A stretch of DNA of 64,000 nt from Nageia nagi (Eukaryota; Plantae; Pinophyta), in contig JBITNC010000001.1 in the NCBI GenBank assembly GCA_050084985.1, positions 73,408,001-73,472,000 of the forward strand. The letters run 5' to 3'. Shown here piece by piece: positions 1-10,945 of this stretch; position 1 is the first letter of the stretch, and every line of letters starts with the position of its first letter. The notes under the pieces are model-generated. The model saw only the letters and a list, made by a program, of their open reading frames with translations, made no database searches and was not told where the DNA came from. A program made the position numbers and the translations under genes.

Positions 1-133
1 TTGCGCTTACCTCCCCAAGCTAGCCGACCACAATTTGAGCACCAAGTTTGCCTTGAAAGTTGCATCCATCCTCAACAGGCATGTATCTCTAGGTAGCTAG
101 CCAACTTGCCCTAGAAAAACCCTAGAAAATGCC

Positions 134-140
134 TATAAAA
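134..140 (+). promoter_or_regulatory. TATA box upstream of ORF A
   Basis: CCTATAAAA followed ~20 nt later by pyrimidine-rich TCATTTTCAC. The same arrangement occurs at 5665 in element B. Confidence 0.55.
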
Positions 141-283
141 GGGGGGAAGTTCATCTTCATTTTCACATCACAAGTGTGCTCTCTCCTCCCAAACTCGCTA
201 GGGCATTAAGGTGAGCGAATTCTTTCGATGTCTTTGAAGTGAGTCAAGAAAGCTTATCTTCTTCATTTGTTAAGGCGTTGGAG

Positions 284-806
284 GTAAGTCATCTTTGAGT
301 CTTATTTAGCATTTCATTTGAGTCATTCATGCCAAAAGACACACCCCTTTGCTAGGCGCATCCCTTCAAAGAGACACCATCCACCATACATGCTAGACTT
401 GCTTCATCACTCTCACACATACATGCATCCCTCTTAGGCGCATATATACCATGACACATGAATCCTATCTTCTCCAAAATTTGTGCCATACCCTCTCTCT
501 CTTAGGCGCAAGTTCCCCTTGAGACATGGAGCGAGTCCTCCTTGAGATGTGCGCCATGGTCTTCCGTTACATTTGCGCCATGATAATAATCCCTTCCCTC
601 ATACATACGTCGTGTCCAAAACCCAAGCGTGAGACCTCTGAGGCATGCAAATTAATTCTAGGGCCCCATCTTCTGCTTCGCTTGCCTCCCAAGAGCCTCA
701 TAGTCACCTTTGCACCTAGACGTTTCATCCAGGGACTCAAGCTTCAAGATCATACCCTTACCCTTGGCTTTAACTTTCTTAACTTATCCTGTTGGGTGAC
801 TTATAG
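284..806 (+). other. Putative 5'-leader intron of ORF A
   Basis: Donor GAG|GTAAGT at 284, branch-like CTTAAC at ~778, acceptor TTATAG| at 806, ATG at 818. Confidence 0.5.
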
Positions 807-817
807 GTAAATCATTC

Positions 818-2899
818 ATGGAGAAATTGCAACTTACCTCAGACAGTTGGGCAAGGAGTTTAAAGAATCTCATGAGACCTAGCGCACTTGAGCTGGAGAA
901 GTTTGGTGAGGATCCACTACCTATGGAGAACATAGCTCAAATTCCGAAAGAGAACCTACTCATTGACTTGATCTACCATTCCAAACTAGTCAAAGCAGCA
1001 ATGATACCATTTGTAGTCCCATTTCCAGAGTTGTGTTATGAGGTGGCAAAACAGTGTGATGTTGGATCAAGAAGTCTTTGTGATACCCAAGATGAGATCA
1101 TCATGAGATTCACTCCAGAAGGTGTAGAAGAAGCATTTAGATGGGAAGGAGATGGGATAGAGTGCATAGAAGAGGATTCCATATCATTCTATGAGTCGCT
1201 ATGAGGGCAAAGTAATCTAATTCGAGATAGGCTCCTTTCGAATGCAACAGAACTTAAAGGCAAAGAACAAATTTTCACCCCATTGTATTCAAGTTGATTA
1301 ACATATTGTCCAGAGTGATGGGGAAGGAAGATGACTTAAAGTTCAAGAAGGAGTTCTTCACATTCATATACCTCATAGGGCAAGGAAAGAAGATAAGATG
1401 AGGCAAGATGATTAGCAATGCCTTGGCAAATCAAATATCATCCATTGAAATAAACAAGAAATTTTACATGAATTCATACCTAGTCTACTTGCTCCTAGCT
1501 GGAAAAAACATAGTTATAGTGCATGGCAATGAGAAGTTATTGAAAAGGTTGGGTACCCCAATATGAAGATGTTATCTGAAATGGTGGATTGGAAGTAGAT
1601 ATGCCCATTACTATATGAAAAATGATGGGTGGGAGTACTATATACACAGAGTTCAAAGGAGAAGCACAAGTGAAGAGAATTTCAAATGCTACTATAGATG
1701 CTCTCAAAGGCCACATTGATTTTTATTTGCATAACTCAAACTATACATACATCAGATTGTATGGATCTCAGGAAGCTCCACACATGCTCCCTAAGCACGT
1801 CAACAACAAAATAATTTTGATGGAGTTTTGTACTCATTTTGTCATATTTGCATGATAATGTGTGGAGGAAGAACGCTGCCACAATGACTTTGCCTATCAC
1901 TGTCAGGGAATACACTTGTTCTCAGTGGGTTGATATTGAAACTATTAAAGTAGAGTTGATTGAGTATAGATTTAAAGAGCTTCCCATAGCTGAAAATTAT
2001 GACCCAGAAGGAAGAATACCAAAATTTATGGAGAATAATAAAAGACCACCTTATGAGCACAAATCTCTTGAATCAAAGGAGAGATTCAGGAATAAAACTC
2101 GCTTGGAAGATATCAAGAAAATACAAGCTGCCACAAATAAAGAAGAAAGGAGAGGAAACCAAAGACATGTGGAAGAAGAGAAAGGGAAAAGAATACAAGA
2201 GTCACCATCAGCTATACCAGTGGATCCAAAGATGGTGGAAGAATCCATCTCTTTGCTAAGAAGAAGACATGGACACATAGGACAATATGCCACCATGGGA
2301 ACATCAAGATAACCCATTCAGGATACTATGCATGCTATTGAGATGGAAATTGACAATTTGACACTAGTAGGGTATGCCCATCCATCCCAGGAATTGAATG
2401 GGATTGCTCATAATCAATGTGGTGGATTAAATAGAGAAGGACTTGCATGAGCAAGAGCTTCTAGGCCAAGTCCACAAGTGAAAAGGTAAGTCTTTCATAG
2501 AGTTCTAGCTCCAAGTATGGTCCTGAAAGCTCCCACAGAGATAGTGAATCTATTGGAGGATAGGGTGACCTTGAAGAGAATATGACTAGAGATAGCCATG
2601 AAGATATTGCAACAGGAGACACCGAAATGGAAGATGATTCTATGCAAGGAATCATTGCACTTGTGGGAAAATTCTCACAACCCACGCCTTCCTAGTCATC
2701 CTCACATAAAACCACAAAGAAGACTCCTACACCTCAGTTAAGAGGTGATACATCTCACCAAAAGAGATCTCCAAGAATGTTAAGGCAAGCACCTACTTCT
2801 AGAGTAGATGGTGTAAATGAAGAGGAAGGAGTACCAAATGATGAGCCACAAAAGAAGTTGACATAGGATATAAGAAAAGAGGTGGTTATTGTTACAGGT
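818..2899 (+). pseudogene. ORF A, 5' part: degenerate retroelement accessory protein of unknown function
   Basis: ORF-track pieces 818-1204, 1622-1855 and 1839-2312 are joined by stops and frameshifts. Contains the block IPKENLLIDLIYHSKLVKAAMIPFVVPFPELCYEVAKQ, then YMNSYLVYLLL and YTYIRLYGSQEAPHMLPK, then a charged low-complexity region. No gag/pol motifs. Confidence 0.65.
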
Positions 2900-3189
2900 T
2901 GTTGTGCCGCACAACACACCCCAAGATGCTACATTTTGAGGACTCTACTTTTTTTGAAGGCAATGGATGACATTGCCTGAAAATGACTAGACAACAATCA
3001 GAATGCAGAATCAGAGTGGCCAAGTGATGAAGTAGTGCACACAAGTACCCACAAAGGCACCAAGTTAGTTCAGTGCGTCCAGGGGCCATTCATGGCCTAG
3101 TTTCAAGCGACATCAAGCAGGATGCAATTTTGGATCACGGTAGCGACCAGGAAGGGAGTTTTACACCAAGTGGCCAACATAGCAGAAAA

Positions 3190-3830
3190 TGGCGCGTTTT
3201 TGTAACATTTGAGTGCAAGAGTGACAGAGTTGGCAAAAGGGCACGTTCTTGTAGAAATTGAGCTCACAGGTACTTAGCGCAACAGAAAGGTGCATTTTTG
3301 TAGAATTTGGGCGCTAAGGTACCCAAGGTGACAAAAATGAGTGTTTTTGTCAAGTTTGAGTCTAGGTGTCTTGAAAATGACAAGGATGACAAAAATGGAT
3401 GTTTTTGTCAAAGTTGACCCCGAAAAGTTGGAAAAGGACAAGGTAGAAAAGCGCGTTTTGGTCACTTTTGAGCCTGAAAATGGTCAGTATGGTAAAAAAG
3501 TGTGTTTTTGCACGATTTAAGTCCGGGAAGCTTGGAAATGACCAAAAGTGATGAGTTAAGCCCAGAATGGCCAGAAATGCTCGAAAATGCCGGAAATGCC
3601 AGAAAAGGTTGTTTTTTCACACTAAGGGCCCAAAAATGCTGAGAATGGGCAAGATTGGATACTTTGAGCCTAGAAGTGCTGGAAATGACAGAAAATAACA
3701 ACTTTTAGCCTAGAAAGCCAAAAATGATCGTTTTTGCACTATTTGAGCTCGAAAATTATTGAAAATGTATAGTTTGAGCTTGGAGGTGCCGTAAAGGGTG
3801 TTTTGATCGAGATTGAGCTAAGAAAAGCTA
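3190..3830. repeat. Degenerate ~50-58-bp tandem repeats
   Basis: Recurring GTTTTTG...TTTGAG...AAATGAC...AAAA units. Confidence 0.6.
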
Positions 3831-5600
3831 GGAGTGGACGAAAATGCATAGATTGAGTCCGGAATGGATCAAAAGTGGAAGATTGAGTGCCCTTAGCTTA
3901 AGGCATGTTTTTCCAAGTTACTGAAGATCCAAGTTAGGGGAAAATAGTGCTTGTTTCTCATAGATAAATACAAATAACATCGGAATTCGAGTCTAAGAGC
4001 ATATTTGGAGAGGTAAGATGAATTCTATCATGTTTAAGACTCGAAATTTCCAATTTTGAACAAGCCTAAGGCACTCTAAGCCTAGGTGTAGTTTTTCAAG
4101 CCTATGGGAAATCCATAGAAGTGCATTTTGGTGCCTAGGAAGTGGAGAAAAGGTAAAATGCATCAAAGATAAAATCTAAACGCATGAACAAGAGGAAATG
4201 ATGTTTCTAAGCCACATTAGGTCTCAAAATGTTTAGTTTTGGGCAAGTAAAGACCCCCAGAATGCTAGGCGCAAGTTTCTCTAGTTTTCCAATTCCAATG
4301 GAGTGAATAATGGCACCTAGAATGACAAGATCTAATGTTTTTTGACAAAAAATCAAGTTTAAGTGCTTGGGACCAAGGAAAACAAGATTATAAGCACATT
4401 TAGGTTTCAAAATTTTCGATTTTGAGCACATTTGGGCATCCTAAAGGCTAGGTGCAGGTTTTGAGAGCTGTGGAAATGCAATGGGATGAAATCTAGCGTC
4501 TAGAATCATAAAAATTTGAGAAATTTTGGTCAAAATTCAAGTTTGAAGGGTCTACAAGGTGTAAAACATGATTTCTAGCACATTTAGGTCTTGAAAATTT
4601 GGATTTTGAGCAAGTTTTGACCCTCCAAAGGCTAGGCACAGGTTTGCTAATGTTTCTAAATCCATAGAGGTGAGAAATGGCGCCTAACTTGGAGAGATAA
4701 GTGAAAAATGTATTAAAAATTCATCCCAAGGTGTCCATTAGGTGGAAAACCCCATTTTGAGCACATTTAGAACTAAAAAATTCCAATTTCGAGCAATAGA
4801 AAGGCACCTAAAGGCTAGGCGCAGGTTTTCATGCCATTGGAAATCCAATGGAGTGAAATCTAGCACCTAAGATGAAATTATTTTGCAAATTTTGTTCAAA
4901 ACTCAAATATGAAGGGTCCATTGGGTCAAAAACACCATTCCAAACACTTATTAACTTGCAAAATTTAGATTTTGAGCAATTTTAAGGCACCTAAAGGGCA
5001 GGCGCAGTTTTTCATGCCATTGGAAATCCAATGGAGTGAAATCTAGTGCCTAGGATGAAGAATTTTGTAAATTTTGCTCAAAATCCAAGTTTAAAGGGTC
5101 AATTGCAAGGAAAACATGATTTCTAGCACATTTAAACTTGCATTTTTTCGAAATTGAGCGAGGGAAGTGGCCCATAATCCTAGGCGCTGGTTTGCTAAAT
5201 TTTCTATTTCCATAGGAGTGAAAATTGGCACCTAACATAAGAAGTCAAAAATTTTGCAAAAATTCCATTTTTTTCACATGGTTGCATGGAAAAGGGCATT
5301 CTAAGCACATTTAAACTTACAAATTTTTGAAATTGAGCACTAGAAATGCTCCAAAAAGTCAGGCGCAAGTTTGCAAGCCATTGGAAACTTCAAAAAGATA
5401 AAAAATGGTGCCTAGATGCAAGGGGAAAGTCTCAAAATTCGATTTTTTGCACTTAATTGGGTGGAGAAGGAGAAAATAAGGATGTTTAAACTTTGAATTT
5501 TTCAATTTTGACCAAAGAATGTGCCCTCCAAAAATTAGGCGCTGATTTTCAAACCTATGGAGTGTTTGAAGGCTCCTAAACCTTAACAAACATGCAAAAT
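3830..5600. repeat. ~183-bp tandem array (~10 diverged copies)
   Basis: TAGG(C/T)GC anchor recurs at 4083, 4266, 4449, 4633, 4816, 4999, 5181, 5360 and 5536 (spacing 176-184 bp). Confidence 0.85.
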
Positions 5601-5664
5601 GCACCATTATAGCACTTTTTAGGTCAAAAATCCACTAAAGAGCATGCAAAAAGCACAAAAAACC

Positions 5665-5672
5665 TATAAATA
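5665..5672 (+). promoter_or_regulatory. TATA box upstream of ORF B
   Basis: CCTATAAATA followed by CTCTCATTTG, immediately downstream of the tandem array. Confidence 0.55.
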
Positions 5673-6421
5673 CCCCGAAGCCTCTCATTTGCTCCACAAC
5701 ACTCTCTTTGAGCCTCCATGCACCCATTTTTAACCAAAATCCTCACAAAACCTCACAAACTTGCTCAAAACTTGAAATTTGCTCACAAGATCTAAAATAA
5801 GCCCAAATCTTTTCAAAATTTCTCAAGAATCTTAGAATCTCATCCCCTATCCATCCATTAGGTCAAATCCACTTTTTTAAAATTTTCCAAATTTCGGACC
5901 CCCTATCTTTTGGCCATTTTCACCATTTTCAAGCTTTACGAAAAAACGTGAAAAAACAAAAAAATACTTTTTTGAGGCCAAAATCGTCCCAAATTTTGAA
6001 AGATCCAAACTTCGAAGTGAATACCAAAGTGATAGACTTCATATAGGAGAGCAGCCTCCATCATTCACTTCCCCAAAACAAAGCTTGAAAACCCACTTTG
6101 CATCCCCATCTTCGCAAGCTTCGAAGCTGCCAAAACCTGTCAAAAAACGAATACATGGGCTAAAAAAACAGCGAGTTAATTCGAACCTCGAAAAATCGAA
6201 ATGTTTCTTTGAGACTTGGCCACAAACCTCCTAGATTTATTTGCCAACACCCCATGTACTTGTTTCCCACTTTTAATGAACTTCAAAATTCTCAAAAATC
6301 CACAGCTTCTGAAAAACCCAAAAATAGGCCAAAAATTTGACTATCTTTTTCCCTCCAAAATCGCTTCAAAGATACCCAATATCACTCCTAATACCTTGTT
6401 GTGTTCCACAAGGCATAAACG

Positions 6422-8503
6422 ATGAGTATTGCTAAGAAAAACAAGGAACTCCAGATGGAAAGACGCATGAAGATCAGCCTGATCACCCTAGAAAAAGGAG
6501 GAAGAACTGCTTTCCCTACGGCCACATTAGTAGATGACCTTTGTTAGATCAGAGAAATAGATTGGGCATCCACTGATCCCGTAAAGTCATTAGAGAAGAT
6601 GTCCAAGATCCCATATGAACGGTTGCTCAACGACACACTTGCTCAATCCAGAATCGTTGAAGCTTGTATGATCCCATATACCGCTTCATTCCCAGAATTG
6701 TGCCTCGGAGTAGCCAGGATACATCCTTTGATAATCCTTAAAGGGAATTCCCCAGTTTCATATGTGCCTCTATCAATCTCACCTTCTGTGAGATTGACAC
6801 AAGGATAGTCTGCTCAATATGCTACACTCATTGTTCAACCAGGGCAAACCATTGACCAGACCATACGAGGATTATCACAAGAGATGAAAAGCACTAAAGA
6901 GACTAGTAGCACTTCGCACCTATACAAACACTTGAAGAAGCTGGTGGAAGTCCCTCCTAGAGGTCCATCCCGAGATGGACAATTATATCATTCTGGCCCT
7001 AGTTCTCCTCCACCTCCTCCTTCTAGTGATAACGAGGATGAATATGAGATTGACAAAGGAGACCTCTTAAGAGAACCCTTGGAAGTGGTCAAATATTAAA
7101 AATACCTTATATCTCAGACAATGAATCAGATTCATCAGTTGAGGAGATACCGACCATAGATCCTCCTACCATGGAAGAACCCGTACAAGCTACAAAACCT
7201 ACCTCTACACAGGCTTCCATACCTTGACAACTGAAGAAGACACCTCCACCTCAGAGAAAACTTCCACTGATTGCTTTAAGAAGGACCTCAGTGACCAAGG
7301 GAATAGCTTCCTTATCAGGAGGCGATGGAGGAAATGAGGAGGATGAAGGTGAAAATGAAGACCAGAGGAAAAAGAGGAGAGAGGATGAACGTCAAGGCAA
7401 TCCTAAGAGACAGGTGGCTACAGTTGCCAATCCTAAACTCGGTTACAATTTTGACGTGAAGGCACTCTTGAACAATTTGAGAGCATACCACCCATTTGAA
7501 GCCTGTGCTGACATTGTAACCGATCAAGATTCAGATACTGAACTTGAACATATAGCCACTTACGTCTCAATGAAGGATAACTCCATTGTCACCGATACTG
7601 TTGCTGCAGGAAGGAAAAGAAATGCCAGTGGGGAATTTGCATTAATGGTGAAAGCAAGAGAGGAGCTGTGTAAAAAGATAGGCACTCTGGGTAGGCAACA
7701 TGCAATCGTCACCAATGTTGCGGCGTTGACAGAGGAGAACACATCACAAAAGGTAGAGCTCAGGGAGCTTAAAAGAGAATTGGCTAGATTGAAAAGGTTG
7801 ACCGTTGATATATGAGTTGCTAACCTAACAGTTGAAGACATCAGGAAGCTGATTTCCTTGAATATTGGGATTCAAGTGGTCAAAGAAGAGTGGGTAAGAG
7901 AAACCAAAGAAACCATCCAAGAGTTATTCCTAGGAATAACTAATTTCTTTATCGAGGAAGATGGATCATTCGTCGTACAAGACATGATCCATGAACTATT
8001 TGCTAGGTGGGGCAACAATTATCAAGTGATGCATGAACTAAGAAGAAAGACTACTGGCATGCCAACACTACTGGAATATTGTCATCAATTCTTTTACCAG
8101 TATGATTGGCTATTCTACACTATTCAAGTTCGGGCAAATTTTAAGGTAGATATGAGGAAACAGCTAACAGAATACCAGTTTGATCTAAGACTGATTGAGT
8201 AAGATGGATGCAGCAGAGATTACGCTACAGTAATAGATGAGGTCTAGTTGATGATTACCACTTACCTCGAGACTAAAGATATCAATGTTCTCAAATCTGG
8301 CAAGTAGCTCAAATATGGCAGCGACATGGCTATGGTGTAGCGAGATGAAGAGGACTTCAAAAACCATCATTGCATATCTATTGGCCAATGAAGGTATAAT
8401 GGAAATTCTCAACATCGGAGTCAAGAACAGAGAAACCTTCATGGGCGCGGACTTAAAGGCCACCATCGCATCACATGTACACACCGCAAATCAGCCACCA
8501 TAG
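6422..8503 (+). pseudogene. ORF B: degenerate paralog of ORF A
   Basis: ATG 6422 is in frame with 6599-6808. MSKIPYERLLNDTLAQSRIVEACMIPYTASFPELCLGVARI aligns with the ORF A block. It continues through Pro/acidic-rich and coiled-coil-like pieces (6884-7099, 7291-7815, 7858-8202, 8285-8503). Confidence 0.7.
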
Positions 8504-8701
8504 TTTGTAGTCATTTTGAAAATTTTGTAATTAGTCAGCCTAGAAAGTTGAGCACCAAAACTCGACTAACCTTGCTCTCATGATCAATTAGCCTAGCTAG
8601 TAGAGCACCAAAAGTCAGCTGACTTAGTTGTAGGAGGCAAATATGTAATATTTTAATATTTTTTATAGAATTAGGGCAACACTTGGGAACCCTAGAAATT
8701 C

Positions 8702-8709
8702 TATAAATA
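8702..8709 (+). promoter_or_regulatory. Second (canonical LTR-type) TATA box of element B
   Basis: TATAAATAGACCCTAG, with context conserved in element A at 19061. Confidence 0.6.
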
Positions 8710-9673
8710 GACCCTAGGGGGTTACTTTTATGTAAGAATGAAAGTTTGGAACTTTTTCAAAGAGTGAAAATTTTGAGAAAAAGTTCAAAGTTTTTGTAAA
8801 AGGAGAAAATTGTGGAAACTTTTCTGTAACTCTTTTGCAAATCTAATACAAAGTGGTTACATATTTTTTCAAGAGAATTGTCATGTATGGAGTGGTGGTT
8901 TCATTTGTGGCTTTCTTTCACAATTCAAATATTTTCGCTTCTTTCCTTGAAAACTCAAGAGTTTTAAGAAAAAATAGTTGTTCAAACTTTTAAAAAATAT
9001 CTTGAATTGCTCTAAGTTTGCAATCTTTTGCCTCTTGCACATTTAAACAATTCTGAAGTTGTTTCTTTTCTACATCTTATTGGATGTTTTGTTCAAACTT
9101 AGTTCCAAAGTGTGCGTTCTATGTTGTTTCCTTTGATTGTATTGGTCCCGTCTACGGAATACCGACAATCGGCCTTGCTTCTTGCTCTAGATTCAAAGCT
9201 GATTGGACAATAATCATTCACTTTGAACTAGATTGAATGAACCGAAACTTCATAACCGATTAGAAAACGTTTCATTTTACACAATGCTTTGTTGTGACAA
9301 TCGCCTTGTGACTTAACCAATATTGGATCATTCTCACTCTTTTTCTGTTTTTATTTGCTTATTTTATCTTTCCTGCATTCTTTTTTTTTATAAAACCAGA
9401 GCAACTTTCAATCATCACAAAAATACCTTGTCACTATAAAAAATGTGAGTTAACAGTCTCTACCTCTATCCAAACCAGTTGAGTTCATTCTCTTGATCAT
9501 CATGTATATAAAATTGTGCAACTTCAATGGGAACATGAACAAACCTTGGGGTTTCAGTCCTTTCAAGAGGAGGTAAGTTACACTATCTCACCTAAATGCT
9601 AGGTGCTTTCCTCGTCCCAATCGTGTGCAAGCGATCATAGGCCTGTAGAAAAGTTTTCCATCCCAACATAGGT

Positions 9674-9819
9674 CATCCTAGAGAAAAGATGATGTAGAGA
9701 AAGACTACGATTTTCTTGATACATATCCTGAGCACTTGGAAACACAAAGAATGGAAGAAAGTGATGTAGTGATGAAGAATATGAGAGAGAAGTTCCAGAA
9801 GAAGGAGAATGTTCACAAC
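9674..9819 (+). pseudogene. ORF A middle segment between the two insertions
   Basis: Reads KDDVEKDYDFLDTYPEHLETQRMEESDVVMKNMREKFQKKENVHN and continues in frame at 17778 as HEIFKLFLNEWYLYCY. Confidence 0.7.
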
Positions 9820-10319
9820 TATTGGAATGTATAATGCATTATTGTAAAGGTTTGTATTAATTCTTTTTGTAGGTTCACTAATACTTAAGGGTATCATTAG
9901 ATACCTTAAGTATTTAAGTGAATATGATAATGTAACTTGTCCTACACTCCATGTCATGAGCATGCCCTTTGTGTAAAAGGATGTGCATGTCATGCTTTTG
10001 TGCATTGGGTAAAAAGGTGATCCAAAAAGGGATTTTGGCCTATAAATAGAAGGCTTTCTCTTTGTTATCAGACACCAATTTGTGAAGTAAAATTATGCTA
10101 TAGGATAGTGCTTAGGAGTTAAGATTAGGAGGATTGTAAGAGAGTTGTATTTGTGATTGAAGTAAAGATCTAGTTAGTGGAGGTACTCCTAGTTGGAGGA
10201 ACCGCATACATTTTGTGTTGTGTTGTGAGATTGCTTTGTGAGTTTGTTAGATGTGAATTGTGAGCTTTCATGTGATCTTGGGAGTTTAGAATTGTTCATG
10301 TTATAGTTCAATTCTCTCA
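9820..10319 (+). repeat. Copia 5' LTR
   Basis: TA(from TG)...CA. About 29 substitutions and no indels versus the 3' LTR by manual count. TATA at ~10041. Confidence 0.95.
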
Positions 10320-10321
10320 TA

Positions 10322-10333
10322 TGGTATCAAAGC
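10322..10333 (+). promoter_or_regulatory. Primer-binding site, tRNA-iMet
   Basis: TGGTATCAAAGC matches TGGTATCAGAGC at 11/12 positions, 2 nt after the LTR end. Confidence 0.9.
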
Positions 10334-10613
10334 TATTTGGAGGCTCCTCTTCACATCCTTGGTGTGGAGGCTCTTCATCTTCAGCTTGGAGGTCCTCATT
10401 CTTTATCCTTCACTTCCATTGTGAGGTAAAAGTGATTCATGGTATAATCTTACTTCACTTTATCTTGGATTACTAACATATTTTGTGTTATGTTAGCCTT
10501 TGTTTATGACAAAATTTGTTTAAAGTAACAATATATGTTGATACATATTTTTATACTAACATGTTTTATTGTTAGTTGCAATTTTTTTTTTTAAATTGCT
10601 CTGTGAAACCATT

Positions 10614-10945
10614 ACCATCAACCTCCTCTCACCGCTTGCGGCTCCGCATTCGTGTGGCTGGTGGCCATCAACCTCCTCTGAAGTTGCTTGTATTGATGAT
10701 GAAACCCTGTGAATTCTACTGCTCTTCTTTTTTACAAAAAACTTGAATGTGTGTGAGAATTTGGGGTTTATGACGAATGGTGGCAGAACTGGGTGTTTTG
10801 CCTGACCAGGTAGAGGGGAAGCTATAAATGGCAGCGCCATGGGAGCAAGACTCAGAGACCTCCTGCTGAAATGAGATGTCCATCTCCCTCCTTGCAATAA
10901 GGCGCACCATAACCGCATGTTCTTAGTGACCATCAACCTCCTCTC
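10614..10945 (-). other. Probable captured host-gene fragment in the copia leader
   Basis: GC-richer island. The minus-strand ORF reads like a plastid transit peptide. Bracketed by the 17-bp direct repeat ACCATCAACCTCCTCTC. Confidence 0.45.

Larger units (their letters stand above)
2900..9668 (+). mobile_element. Element B: 6,769-bp solo-LTR-like insertion containing tandem arrays and an ORF
   Basis: Termini TGTTG...CAACA. Flanks CAGGT (2895-2899) and TAGGT (9669-9673) form a 5-bp TSD with one C>T change. No PPT before, no PBS after, no gag/pol inside. Confidence 0.8.

Noticed and set aside
2890-2899. Alternative start of element B at TGTTACA (2890)
   Set aside because: It has no matching TSD. 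The 2900 start gives inverted TGTTG/CAACA ends and CAGGT/TAGGT.
3274-5607. Short minus-strand ORFs in the tandem arrays
   Set aside because: They are by-products of repetitive sequence with no protein-like signal.
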